The notes under the pieces: model-generated | Told to the model about the DNA's origin: nothing | The model's input: the letters and a program-made list of their open reading frames with translations, nothing else | The model's database searches: none | Made by a program: the position numbers and the translations under genes | In this document: positions 47,942-58,659 of the stretch, one piece after another | Position numbering within the stretch: position 1 is the stretch's first letter | How the letters are laid out: the number at the start of each line of letters is the position of its first letter | DNA from: a virus | IMG/VR virus record: IMGVR_UViG_3300025137_005412 | Coordinates: 64,001-128,000 of that record | Strand: one strand, 5' to 3' | DNA: 64,000 nucleotides

Positions 47942-49353
47942 TGGCAACTATAGGTAAAGTCACTAACGAATTAAAAACACTTTTAACTAAGTCAACACGT
48001 GATGAGATTCGTGATACAACGAATGATGACTCGTTTTATGCGTTTATTGCCTATACAGATTCCGAAGACTATCCCTTCAGTGACTCAGACGCTTCTGAGG
48101 CTGTAACGGACTCAGATCTAATAGGAATCTATAAGAATATGGTCACAATGCACCGAGTACTGCCTGGAGGTGTTTCTCGAGTGATTAAGAGAAAGAACTG
48201 GATAACTAATAGTAGTTATGTCGGTTGGAACTCAGATACTTCAAATGATAGTGACTATTATGTAATGTCTACAGAGATTGTGCAAGGTGTTCCAAGACAA
48301 AATGTTTATAAGTGTTTGAATGCTCCATCTAAAGTATCATCCACTGTAGCACCAACTGGTTCATCTTCATTACCATTTAAAACTTCTGATAATTATTGGT
48401 GGCAGTATATGTACACAATTACAAATTCAGATGCTATTTTATTTATGACATCTGCATTTATGCCAATACCAGAAAGAGTTGATGTAGCTGAATCCGTTAA
48501 CGTAACGGCAGGTACCGCAAGATATGACTTATTGCAAGTACAAAATAATGCAATTAAAGGTAGTGTCTTTAATGTAAGAATAAAACATGGTCCTAATGAA
48601 AGACCAGACTCTGATAAATTAAGAGGATTTACAAACAAACTTGTTGTAAACATTAAAGGTAAAGATGGAGTAGGTAATACACCTACACAAACATTTAAAG
48701 CAACTGCAACTAGAGATAGTGAACAGTCAGCTGTATGGAAATTTCAAGTACAACAATATGGTATAGGTTATACTGCACTTCCTTATGCTTGTGATTCTGA
48801 GAATGATTCAGAAATTAAATGTTTCAGATTAGATCTTGCTCCTGGACTTGGACATGGTGCTGATGCTGGTGATGAACTACAAGCGAGAGATGTTATGATG
48901 ACTTCTCGTGTAATTCCACTAGATAATGGATTTTCAAAATTAGCAAGTGGTGAATTCAGTATGATTGGATTAATTAAGAATCCTATTGATACAGCTACAA
49001 ATAGAATTGGAACACAAAATTATTATACAGTTGCTAAAAAAATAACATGTGATAACGCTGCATTATTCAAAATCAATGATGTGTTCTATAAACAAGGTGA
49101 TTCAGATACAGCTGGTAAAGTTGTTTCGATAGATAATAAAGATGTTTTTTATATTAATGTTGGAAAATTAAGAAACAATTTTGCAGACAGTGATCAGATT
49201 ATTTCCACTACTCACAATAATGTAATTCAGAAAGCTAAGTCAGCTGATGTTATCTTTAATAGTGGTCAATTCTTATCGGTTGATTATTTACCAACAGCAT
49301 TAGAAAGATCACAAGATCAGATAGAATCATTGAATATTATCTTGAAATTGTAA
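47941..49353 (+). CDS. gp8: Baseplate wedge gp8, DSD-rich
   Basis: VI.R.NW, VYKCL, T.D.Y.W.YMY.I, FMP, GHG......L, IGLIKNP, R..DQ.E...I. Confidence 0.88.
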   Translation: MATIGKVTNELKTLLTKSTRDEIRDTTNDDSFYAFIAYTDSEDYPFSDSDASEAVTDSDLIGIYKNMVTMHRVLPGGVSRVIKRKNWITNSSYVGWNSDTSNDSDYYVMSTEIVQGVPRQNVYKCLNAPSKVSSTVAPTGSSSLPFKTSDNYWWQYMYTITNSDAILFMTSAFMPIPERVDVAESVNVTAGTARYDLLQVQNNAIKGSVFNVRIKHGPNERPDSDKLRGFTNKLVVNIKGKDGVGNTPTQTFKATATRDSEQSAVWKFQVQQYGIGYTALPYACDSENDSEIKCFRLDLAPGLGHGADAGDELQARDVMMTSRVIPLDNGFSKLASGEFSMIGLIKNPIDTATNRIGTQNYYTVAKKITCDNAALFKINDVFYKQGDSDTAGKVVSIDNKDVFYINVGKLRNNFADSDQIISTTHNNVIQKAKSADVIFNSGQFLSVDYLPTALERSQDQIESLNIILKL

Positions 49354-49381
49354 TAAATAAAAAGAGAGAGATTTACTATAT

Positions 49382-52300
49382 ATGTCAACAATTAACTTAA
49401 ATGTATCGCCGTATTTTGACGATTTTGATGAGAAGAAGGATTACCTTCGTGTCTTATTTAGACCTGGTTTTGCGGTACAGGCAAGAGAGTTAACACAACT
49501 ACAGACTATAGCACAAAAGCAAGTTTCAAGACAAGGAAATCATATATTTAAAGATGGTTCTCGAGTCACTGAAGGTAATGTAAATATAAACTTCAATACA
49601 CACAACATGAACCTTATATCAGGTTCTGGTAATATTAATTTCCCATTAAGTGGTGCTCTCACAGGTTCAGTTGAAGCTACACTAGATAATTTTTCTGAAA
49701 CAATAATTTCTAACCAGGACAACACTGTAAAAGCTAGAGTTTTAAAAACTCCTACTGGTTCTGTACTAGCAAATAAAACAGGTAATATTTACTTCACATA
49801 TATAACAAGTAAAAAATTCACAGATTCAGATCAAGGATACATATACGCAAGAGCTGAAGATAATCCAGAACTTACTGTCACATACGTAAATGTCTTTTCA
49901 AAAGTATCAGAAGCTACAATGGCAACTATACTTTCAGGTATTTACTATATAGATGGTTTCTTTGCAAGAATACAAGAACAAAATATCGTTGTATCATCTA
50001 CAACTCAAAAGCCAACAGCAGCTATAGGTTTCTCAATTACATCAAAAGATATATCTGCAAATGATGATGCATCACTCTTTGATAATGCACGTGGTTCTAC
50101 AAACGAAGGTGCACCAGGTGCGAATAGATTACAAAACCTAATTAGTGTATTAATAAAGAGTACATTAGATCAAGGTTCTGATCCAACATTCTACAAGCAA
50201 GTAGAGATTAAAGATGGTGTAATTTTAGGAGATACTGAAAAGACTCCTACTGGATCAAGAGTGACTCCAAATCCTATGTACAATGGTCTTGGCGATACAA
50301 TGGCAAGAAGAAGAAAAGAAGAATCAGGTTCTTATGCAGTTAATAAATTCATTCCAAAAATTCAACAACAATCTTATGAAGATTCAGATAAGTTTGCAGT
50401 TTCATTCAGCAAAGGTCTAGCTTATATTAATGGATATAGACAAGAAACATTTGCAGATGAATTAATATATTTAGATCGTAATACAGAAGCTAAAAAAGAA
50501 ACAAACCACAAAATTCCTATTCTAGGAGCACCATACGTAGAAGTAAGAAATGTAAACAGTGGTACAATGTCTGGTATGTTAACTGCTGATGCTAATGGTA
50601 TTGGTGCATTCACTAACAAACTAGCGCTAAAAGATTCTGATGGAAATACTATTGGATTTGCTAGATCATATGGTTATCAAGCAACTAACGGTGAAACTAA
50701 TGGTAGAGTATATCTTACTGATGTTAAGATGTTCCAACATGTAAGATTTGGACCATCTGGTACATATGATTCAGACACAAGTCATTTTTGGAGAAACTCC
50801 TTAATTGCTGGTGAACAAGTCACTGCAACTTTAAATGGTAAAGTTCAGACTGGTGATGTTGTAAAATTGTATGCACAACACAAGAACGATTCTGACTGGA
50901 CAGATATAAACTTCTCACCTAATGGTCTAAACAGACTTGGTGGTGTATCATCTTATAAGACTACTGGTGTACTACTCACAAATTCAAATGCACAATTTCA
51001 AAAAGGTGCAAAGATTGAAGGTTCTATTGATAGAACTGTGGTATTATCTCCAAGAATTGAAAATGCACGTCAATTTAAGTTTGCAGAAGTAAGAGAAGTA
51101 AGAGGTTCAACAAACGATTCTGAAGGTGTATCATTCAAGGCATTTACTGATTGGACACCTGGTGAAGGTGCTAAAATGAAAAATGTTTCAGGTGCATTAT
51201 TTGGTGGTACCGGAAAAACATTTAAAACACTACGTTCTGGTACAGTTCCATTTGATAATGACTTTGATGTTCTTTATAAAGCACCACCTACAATTTCTTC
51301 AACAGACGGTGGATTAGCAGTCACACCAGACTTTTCAGATTCTCAATGGTCAACACACTTTAGAAATGGTGACTATAAGAAAACGAGAATTGATGATGCT
51401 GTAGAGATTACAAAAGAATTAAAATATGGTGTTTTAAAAATAAGAAATACATCAGATATTACAAGATCGTCTTCAGTGAATTCCTCTTGGTCAGCACTAG
51501 ATAGAAAGATTAACTTATTCTATCCAGACATTTACAGAGTTTATAAGATTGTTCATGGTTCTACGAACAATTCATTTGGTACATCAACTACAGAACCTAA
51601 CGCAAGCTTTGATAGAATTAAAGTAAACATTTCTGGTGGTGCAACTATACCACAAGGTTCACTAATAATTGGTAAAACTTCCAAGACACGTGCTAGAGTA
51701 GCACTTTCAAATACAATTGCAACTGGACAGACTACATTATCAGGTTCAACTGGTTATCATATCTCAATGTCAGGTACTGGTGCTCAAGATTTACTTGAAG
51801 TGTGCTTTGAAAAAGGTCAAGCTTTCACTGCAGGTGAACAGTTAAAAATAAAAGTTCCTGCTAAAGAAGATGCTATATCTTCAGAAATTACATTTACAGA
51901 AGTAAACACAAAAAAACCAGGTTCAGATATTACAGCTAACTATTTACTTGATGATGGACAAAGAGTTGATTCATATCATATTGGTTCTGTTATCAGAAAA
52001 ACTGGTGTACCAGCACCAGCTAATGGTGATATTTTAATATTCTATTCATACTTTGATGCTAATCCATTTCAATCATTCTATTATGGTGTAGATTCATATT
52101 CAGGTGATGGTTTCTATGATGTAGACCCAAGATATTATGGTAAACCAACTGAAATTAAAGAATATGAAGCATACACTGGTCTTAATTTAAGAAATGTTAT
52201 TGACTTTAGATTTAGACAAAGATTAATAAGTGGTTATGCAACAACTAACAACCCACTATCATTTTTATATAGAGAGTTTGAAAACACTGGTGTTCATGTT

Positions 52301-55300
52301 ATTCCAGATGGTCAATTCTCTACAGATGCAGAATTCTTTACTGGACAAAATATATCTTTCATACTTAATAATAAAGGTAGGATTAAAACAGTTCCAGGTG
52401 TAGCAGATGTCAAATCTCCAAAAGACCCAGATATTCAAGCAGGCGGAATGGTTCTTGCAACAATCTCAGTTCCACCAGCAGTAAGATACCCAGATAAAGA
52501 AATAGTAATATTCAGTGACCAACAACGTGGATATACAATGCGTGATATTGGAAAACTTGAAAAACGTATTAGAAATTTAGAAACATCAGTAAGCCTGTCT
52601 CTCTTAGAGAGTAAAGCTTTACAAGACAATATTGGTACAAGAGTAAAATCTGGATTTATTGTAGATGACTTCTCATCAGCTATTAACACTCCAGCTGATA
52701 TAACAAATACACAGTTTAGATCTTCTATTGATGTTTCAAGAAACGTATTAAGACCACCATCTGTAGAAACAAATGTACAACTTCAAAGAGTAAGTGATGG
52801 TAATCGTATTGATCCATTCTTCTTAGCACAAAACACTGGATTTATCTTAAAATCCTACACACAAGAACAGATGCTTGAACAAACATTTGCTTCAAGCTTA
52901 GTCAGAATTAATCCATTTGCAACTTGGGTTTATTCAGGTCAAATAGAATTAAATCCAACCCAAGATTTCTGGAGAGATCCAACTTGGAATGTTGTAGAAA
53001 ATTTCTTTGTAGATAGAACTTCTTTTGGTGGTGGTTTATCAACTGTTTCACAATCAGTATTCGATAATTTAGTACCAGTCACAAGAGATATTCCTAACAC
53101 TAACTTTAACACAGTAGAAACAAACTGGACTGGAACCGTGACTTCTACTACAACTGATGACTTTGGTAATCCAATGCTAGGTTGGTGGTGGTGGAATCAG
53201 GGTGGTACAACTACAACAACTACAGAAACACAAGTAGGTACTGAAACTACTAGCAACTTTATTGCACAAGAAGAAGAGTTTACAAGTTCTTCAGACTTTA
53301 ATGTAAGAGAAGTAAGAGAAAAAGATGACGCTTGGATAAGATCGCAAACATTAGAATTCGAAGGTCAAGGATTTAGACCAGACACAGATCTTAAAGCTAT
53401 ATTTGATGGTCAAGATGTTTCAAGTACATGTTCACAAACAGATTTCTTACCATTAGAAACTACAACTGCAAGAACTTATGCAGTTCAAGGTAATTTAAAA
53501 ACAGATGGTAAAGGACAAATACGTGGAAGATTTATAATACCATCACAAACATTCAAGACTGGAACTAAAGGTTTTATACTTTCTGACAAAGATGGTTCAA
53601 AAACAACTGAAGGTACAGTGTTCTTTACATCTAGAGGATTCTTTGAAGTTGGAGATTTAACAAACTTTAGAGCAACTAGAGATGCTGGTAATAGATTAAT
53701 ATCATCACAAACATCTAACGTAACTGGTGAATCAACCGTTACTACTAACACAGTATGGAATCCATTTATTTGGCCAATATTCAACTTAAATATAGGTGGT
53801 GGTGATCCTATTGCACAGCTATTTACTTTACCACTTGATCCTGGATCAGATCCAAACAATTTTAACCCAGTTAGAAATGAAGCAAGATCAACTGGTTCAT
53901 TCATAACATCAGTAGATATATTCTTAGGTTTCATAGATACAAGAGCTAACAATGATCACGTAATTTGTGAGATTAGAAGTAGTGATAATGGTTATCCTGG
54001 TAGAGAAATACTAGGTAGAGCAAGAGTTGATGTGACAAAGGCAAATGAGAATATAAGTAAACCAACAGTAGCTACAAACTTTAGATTTACAAATCCAGTT
54101 TACTTACAAGAAGAAACAGAATATGCAATTGTTCTACTAACACCATCAGATACTACATCAGCTTGGACAGCATTACAAGGAGAAGAAGATGTTATTACTG
54201 GTGGAAAGATAACTTCTCAACCAAATGTTGGTGGATACTTTGGATCATTCTTTAAATCGCAAAATGGTTCTACATGGACAGCCGAACAAAATAGAGATCT
54301 AACATTCAAAGCTTACCGAGCTAAGTTTGATCTTGGTGAATCTGCAATAACAATGAGAGATAAAGCAAACTTCTATGGCCAACCAATTGGTCAAGCAGCT
54401 CAGGGATTAGCAGTAGAAACATTTAACAATTCATACTATATTAAAATCCATCATCCAAATCACGGAATGTATGGTCCTGATGATACACACAGTGTAAGAA
54501 TTCTTGGTGTTGCTGGTAATGGAAATATTAGTAATGCTGCAGATTCAGACTTAGTAAGATTTAGAGGAGAATCTGCATTGAATGGTTTACCAGTATCACT
54601 TATTAATAATGTAAGTAGTTTAGGAAATCTAACAACTACTTCCACAACTGCAAAACATAAAGTAAAATTTGCTACTCAAGATACATACATAATCGATATG
54701 AGTGAAGCTGATTCAGATACTTCAGCAGTAGCTTCATCACCAACAACTGGTGGATGGCACAAACAAGTTAAGAGTGGTAGAGGTGGTGGAGTACAAGTAG
54801 TTGCAACTGCAAACGTGCAGTATGATTCTATTAGAACTAATACACAAGCAATTAATTTTGATGAAACCTCAGTGAAACAAGAAGTTAAGACAACTACTGG
54901 TGCAAACTTAATATTAAGATCAGCATCAAACCAATTTGGTTATAATACTGATTCAATATATTATAAATCACCACTTGTAAAAGATACAGCTGCAGTAAAT
55001 CTTCCTATGGATAAACTCACAGACTTTGATCATCCAAGAATTATCTTAGGTTCTATGAATAAATCATCATCTGCAGACTTTGAACAAATTCTTTATTTAA
55101 ACACAGCAAATGAATACCTATCACCAGTTATTAGATTAGATGCTGCAAGTCAAATGTTTGTACTTAAAAATAACTATGGTAAATACATTGATGATTCAGA
55201 ATTAGCTGGTTTTATTGATTCAGATTTAGCAGCATCATCAAATACTACTAAGCAAAAACAATATGCTTCTTACAAAGCTGGTTTATCAAGTTTTGATGAA

Positions 55301-55654
55301 ACTGCAGCATATATAACAAAAGATATTACACTCTTAGAACCAGCAACCCAGATACGAGTATTATTTGATGCTGATATGGATCCAGGTGCTGAGCTTGTAG
55401 TTAAGTATAAAGCTAGAGTTGTAGGTGATAATACTCAATTTGAAGAATTAGAATGGCAAACATTCCCTAGAAATCAAGTAGTAAATGAAACAAACTTTGG
55501 TAAGTTCACATCAGATATTGATTTTGATCAATACTCATTAACGCAAGATGTTGGATTTGAATTTGAGTCATTTAAAATTAAAATTGAAATGAATTCTGAG
55601 AACTCTTCCTTCATCAGTCAAGTAAGAGATTTAAGAATTATTGCAGTAGTATAA
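49382..55654 (+). CDS. Very large virion structural protein (DUF4815/VrlC-like)
   Basis: NLNVSPYFDDFD..K.Y.RVLFRPG.AVQARELTQLQ N-terminus; YTMRDIG.LE.RI..LE, GF.VD.F, DPIAQ, F.SQNG.TW, DLRIIA end. Confidence 0.88.
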   Translation: MSTINLNVSPYFDDFDEKKDYLRVLFRPGFAVQARELTQLQTIAQKQVSRQGNHIFKDGSRVTEGNVNINFNTHNMNLISGSGNINFPLSGALTGSVEATLDNFSETIISNQDNTVKARVLKTPTGSVLANKTGNIYFTYITSKKFTDSDQGYIYARAEDNPELTVTYVNVFSKVSEATMATILSGIYYIDGFFARIQEQNIVVSSTTQKPTAAIGFSITSKDISANDDASLFDNARGSTNEGAPGANRLQNLISVLIKSTLDQGSDPTFYKQVEIKDGVILGDTEKTPTGSRVTPNPMYNGLGDTMARRRKEESGSYAVNKFIPKIQQQSYEDSDKFAVSFSKGLAYINGYRQETFADELIYLDRNTEAKKETNHKIPILGAPYVEVRNVNSGTMSGMLTADANGIGAFTNKLALKDSDGNTIGFARSYGYQATNGETNGRVYLTDVKMFQHVRFGPSGTYDSDTSHFWRNSLIAGEQVTATLNGKVQTGDVVKLYAQHKNDSDWTDINFSPNGLNRLGGVSSYKTTGVLLTNSNAQFQKGAKIEGSIDRTVVLSPRIENARQFKFAEVREVRGSTNDSEGVSFKAFTDWTPGEGAKMKNVSGALFGGTGKTFKTLRSGTVPFDNDFDVLYKAPPTISSTDGGLAVTPDFSDSQWSTHFRNGDYKKTRIDDAVEITKELKYGVLKIRNTSDITRSSSVNSSWSALDRKINLFYPDIYRVYKIVHGSTNNSFGTSTTEPNASFDRIKVNISGGATIPQGSLIIGKTSKTRARVALSNTIATGQTTLSGSTGYHISMSGTGAQDLLEVCFEKGQAFTAGEQLKIKVPAKEDAISSEITFTEVNTKKPGSDITANYLLDDGQRVDSYHIGSVIRKTGVPAPANGDILIFYSYFDANPFQSFYYGVDSYSGDGFYDVDPRYYGKPTEIKEYEAYTGLNLRNVIDFRFRQRLISGYATTNNPLSFLYREFENTGVHVIPDGQFSTDAEFFTGQNISFILNNKGRIKTVPGVADVKSPKDPDIQAGGMVLATISVPPAVRYPDKEIVIFSDQQRGYTMRDIGKLEKRIRNLETSVSLSLLESKALQDNIGTRVKSGFIVDDFSSAINTPADITNTQFRSSIDVSRNVLRPPSVETNVQLQRVSDGNRIDPFFLAQNTGFILKSYTQEQMLEQTFASSLVRINPFATWVYSGQIELNPTQDFWRDPTWNVVENFFVDRTSFGGGLSTVSQSVFDNLVPVTRDIPNTNFNTVETNWTGTVTSTTTDDFGNPMLGWWWWNQGGTTTTTTETQVGTETTSNFIAQEEEFTSSSDFNVREVREKDDAWIRSQTLEFEGQGFRPDTDLKAIFDGQDVSSTCSQTDFLPLETTTARTYAVQGNLKTDGKGQIRGRFIIPSQTFKTGTKGFILSDKDGSKTTEGTVFFTSRGFFEVGDLTNFRATRDAGNRLISSQTSNVTGESTVTTNTVWNPFIWPIFNLNIGGGDPIAQLFTLPLDPGSDPNNFNPVRNEARSTGSFITSVDIFLGFIDTRANNDHVICEIRSSDNGYPGREILGRARVDVTKANENISKPTVATNFRFTNPVYLQEETEYAIVLLTPSDTTSAWTALQGEEDVITGGKITSQPNVGGYFGSFFKSQNGSTWTAEQNRDLTFKAYRAKFDLGESAITMRDKANFYGQPIGQAAQGLAVETFNNSYYIKIHHPNHGMYGPDDTHSVRILGVAGNGNISNAADSDLVRFRGESALNGLPVSLINNVSSLGNLTTTSTTAKHKVKFATQDTYIIDMSEADSDTSAVASSPTTGGWHKQVKSGRGGGVQVVATANVQYDSIRTNTQAINFDETSVKQEVKTTTGANLILRSASNQFGYNTDSIYYKSPLVKDTAAVNLPMDKLTDFDHPRIILGSMNKSSSADFEQILYLNTANEYLSPVIRLDAASQMFVLKNNYGKYIDDSELAGFIDSDLAASSNTTKQKQYASYKAGLSSFDETAAYITKDITLLEPATQIRVLFDADMDPGAELVVKYKARVVGDNTQFEELEWQTFPRNQVVNETNFGKFTSDIDFDQYSLTQDVGFEFESFKIKIEMNSENSSFISQVRDLRIIAVV

Positions 55655-55833
55655 TGCATAAACGTGATTTAAAAAGAGATCCTAAGAATGGTGCTCTATT
55701 AAATACTAATAGACAAGATGTTATTGAGTACAAAAAGAAAATTGCTGAAGAACATGAAAATGAAAAAAGATTAACAACACTAGAAAAAAAGATGGATAAA
55801 ATTATAAACATATTGGAGAAGCTTGATGGCTAA
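55654..55833 (+). CDS. Small coiled-coil protein (59 aa, not in ORF track)
   Basis: MHKRDLKRDPKNGALLNTN...; L.RD...A..NT motif typical of the gene following DUF4815 in aquatic T4-like phages; TAATG coupling. Confidence 0.7.
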   Translation: MHKRDLKRDPKNGALLNTNRQDVIEYKKKIAEEHENEKRLTTLEKKMDKIINILEKLDG

Positions 55834-56668
55834 TTTAAGAGATATACTAGTACCAAATTTTGGATTTCAGGATTCTGATACTGAAGTAGGTATTGCTCCA
55901 GTTAATATAGATTCAGGTACTTTACCATTTAATGATGCTAGCAGAATTGTAAAAAACAATGTTAGAATTAATATTGGTTCTTCACCTAATTCAAACACAG
56001 GTGATCCATTAAGAACAGCATTTATTAAAATTGGAAACTTTATGGAAGCAGTTTATCGAGCTGACTCTGATAAAGACTTACGTGTTAAAAGATTTGAAAC
56101 ACCAGTAGGTGACTCTGACTTTAGAATTTTAGGTGTCAAGAGTTGTGATGATTTAAGATGGGATTCTGATGGTGTACATACAAATTTAGGAAATGCAAAC
56201 ACAGGATTTGATAGTGATACATTTGCTGGTCTAAAACCTGGTGATACATTACTCCTTACAGATCAAATATCTCCTAGAAGTAGACAGTCATTTGTTGACA
56301 GATATGCAAGATCTAATCCACACGGTCGTATTGATATTAATACAGTAAGACTAAAAAATAATGAATACAGTGTAAACGCACCAGCATTCTTAAAAGTAGG
56401 CGCTGATGGTTTATTAAAAGTACAAACTGAGTTTGCCTTAGATCAAGTTGGTCTTGATTTTGATGGTGCATTAGAAAGATTAAGTGCAGGTACTCAAAAA
56501 AGTAAACTAAGCTCAGCAGATCAAAAAAAATTATATCAAGACTTTAATGATGTTCAAGGTTTAACATCCTCATCTTTCAGAATCAGTGCTAGTAATATAG
56601 AAGATGGCTTTGCTGAATTAGTAGCCAGACAAGTAAGGATTGGATACGATGCAGGATTCTATGGATAA
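55826..56668 (+). CDS. Baseplate/fibre-connector-like protein (gp9/gp10-type motif)
   Basis: INIGSSPNSNTGDPLRTAFIKI..F resembles the T4 gp10/gp9 N-terminal motif; 5 DSD. Confidence 0.6.
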   Translation: MANLRDILVPNFGFQDSDTEVGIAPVNIDSGTLPFNDASRIVKNNVRINIGSSPNSNTGDPLRTAFIKIGNFMEAVYRADSDKDLRVKRFETPVGDSDFRILGVKSCDDLRWDSDGVHTNLGNANTGFDSDTFAGLKPGDTLLLTDQISPRSRQSFVDRYARSNPHGRIDINTVRLKNNEYSVNAPAFLKVGADGLLKVQTEFALDQVGLDFDGALERLSAGTQKSKLSSADQKKLYQDFNDVQGLTSSSFRISASNIEDGFAELVARQVRIGYDAGFYG

Positions 56669-56677
56669 TGAGCACAG

Positions 56678-57778
56678 ATGTCAACAGTAAGAAACAACTT
56701 TGCAGGATTCACAATCGCACCAACCGGATTTGGTGGAGATTCAGATAACGATTCCGATTTCGGTGAAAATCTAAACCGATCAATACAAGCAATCAATAAA
56801 TCTTATGCCATTAAATCAGGCGTACAAAACACATTCATCGATGGATACATAAATCAATTTGGTGCTTCATCACGTTTCTCTACAAATGAACAGAGAACAA
56901 TGCAGAACCTTATTAGAGAATCAATTAATGTTAATGGTATAACAATACGTTATATGCCAAGAGCATCTGATTATACTGATAATGTTTGGAATGAAAGACC
57001 TGAATCTCACTTTGATTCTGGTTATCAAATAGATATGCTTCTCGTAGCTTCTGCTGGATTTGAAGGTGAAGGAGATACTATGACTCTTTATGGTATGGAG
57101 TTCAGAGAAGAAGTTATAATGTCTGTTGCAATTAATAATTTTACACAAAAAGATTCTGATTATAGAACAGTACTTAAACAAAGACTTACTGATTCAGATG
57201 GTTTTGCTACAGGAGGTGAATCTGCTTCTAATGATTCTGATTCTGATCAATATCAAAAATTACTTTCAAAATTTGCAAGAACAAGACCACTTGAAGGTGA
57301 TCTTATTGTAATACCATTTGGTAGATCTGCACAAAACAAAAGTCAGTATGTACCAAAAGTCTTTGAAATTACTCGTGTGACCACATATCATGATGGTGCT
57401 TTCTTTCAATTAGGAAATAACTATCAATATAAGATACACGCTAAACTATTCGAATTATCTGGAGAAGACTTGTACTTCAATCCAACTGCTATTACATATA
57501 GTAATACAGGTTCAGCTACAAGTACTACAGACGAAATAGTCACGCAAGCGGCAACAGGAATTACATTTACTGATTCAGAAACTAAAGCTATTGACATAAC
57601 TGATAGTGATTTAATTACTGACTCTTGGGCTTCTAATACTGAAATTGAACAAAGAGCAGAAAGTCAAGAAGTCTATGATAATAATGGTGTAGTAAGAGAA
57701 ACACCGAAAACAATAACAGATGACTATACAGCGAGAGCTTTTGGTCAACCAGGAATAAGGAATTTGGATAATATCTAA
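56678..57778 (+). CDS. gp14: Neck protein gp14 with DSD-bearing insertions
   Basis: EQ.....L..ESI...G..I.YMPR, GFEG.GD....G.E, RPLEGDLI..P, FEI..V, FFQLG..Y.Y....LFE.S.E. Confidence 0.9.
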   Translation: MSTVRNNFAGFTIAPTGFGGDSDNDSDFGENLNRSIQAINKSYAIKSGVQNTFIDGYINQFGASSRFSTNEQRTMQNLIRESINVNGITIRYMPRASDYTDNVWNERPESHFDSGYQIDMLLVASAGFEGEGDTMTLYGMEFREEVIMSVAINNFTQKDSDYRTVLKQRLTDSDGFATGGESASNDSDSDQYQKLLSKFARTRPLEGDLIVIPFGRSAQNKSQYVPKVFEITRVTTYHDGAFFQLGNNYQYKIHAKLFELSGEDLYFNPTAITYSNTGSATSTTDEIVTQAATGITFTDSETKAIDITDSDLITDSWASNTEIEQRAESQEVYDNNGVVRETPKTITDDYTARAFGQPGIRNLDNI

Positions 57779-58644
57779 TGTTAGGAACTCACTTTTATCA
57801 CGAAACTGTTAAGACTGCAACTGCGGTCTTCGGTAGTTTATTCAACAACATCGTTATCAAAAGACGTGATGGTAAACTATTACCTGTTCCTATTTCTTAT
57901 GGTCCAAGACAAAAATGGTTGGAAGCTCAAAAAGGTTTAAGACCAACTGAAGAGATGTTTGAAAAACTATTACCAAGAATGTCTTATGAGTTTGTTGCAA
58001 TGGTTTATGATTCAAATAGAAAATTAAACAACAAACCAAATGTATTTAGATCTCCAGATAGTTTAGCTTATCCAAGACAAAAGGCTAATATGCCTACACC
58101 ATACACTTTATCATATACATTACATATTGAAACAAAGACATTGAATGATGGATGGCAAATTATAGAACAGATTGTACCATTCTTTAACCCAGCTTATACT
58201 GTCAAAGTAAGACATTTTCCTGCTGATGCAGATACTAATACACCAACACCTACAAATGCATTTGACATGCCGTTCCAACTTACATCAGTCACATGGACAG
58301 ATGATTGGACAGGAGATATTAATACAAGAAGAACCGTAGAATGGACACTAGAATTTGAAACAAAAACTTGGTTCCATGGACCGATTGCAGCAACAAAAGT
58401 AATCTTAGATTCAAGAGCAATAGTTGCTACTCCTGGAAATGCAACAGATTCTGATAGACAAGATCTTAACCTATTAAGAAGAAGTGATAGTGATCTTATG
58501 GGAGCTGATGTAGGTTATGCTGTGCTTCAGAAAAATGACTCTGAAGGTATATATGACAGTGACTCGAAAGTTAGTCCAAGTATTACAAACTTAACAGACT
58601 CTGATGGATTAAGAGTATTATTAGTACGAGATTTCAACCTCTAA
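57778..58644 (+). CDS. gp15: Tail sheath stabiliser / terminator gp15
   Basis: HFYHE......FGSLFNNI, VP.SYGP..KW, LPRMS.E, QIIEQI.PFF.P, W.L.F..K.W..GP. Confidence 0.93.
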   Translation: MLGTHFYHETVKTATAVFGSLFNNIVIKRRDGKLLPVPISYGPRQKWLEAQKGLRPTEEMFEKLLPRMSYEFVAMVYDSNRKLNNKPNVFRSPDSLAYPRQKANMPTPYTLSYTLHIETKTLNDGWQIIEQIVPFFNPAYTVKVRHFPADADTNTPTPTNAFDMPFQLTSVTWTDDWTGDINTRRTVEWTLEFETKTWFHGPIAATKVILDSRAIVATPGNATDSDRQDLNLLRRSDSDLMGADVGYAVLQKNDSEGIYDSDSKVSPSITNLTDSDGLRVLLVRDFNL

Positions 58645-58659
58645 TGGAATAAATAAATC

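Noticed and set aside
7996-54645. Many short antisense or alternate-frame ORFs in the track (e.g. 7996-8304, 23007-23474, 31667-32155, 42356-42772, 53485-53952)
   Set aside because: They are shadows of well-supported genes, with no RBS, motifs or operon context.
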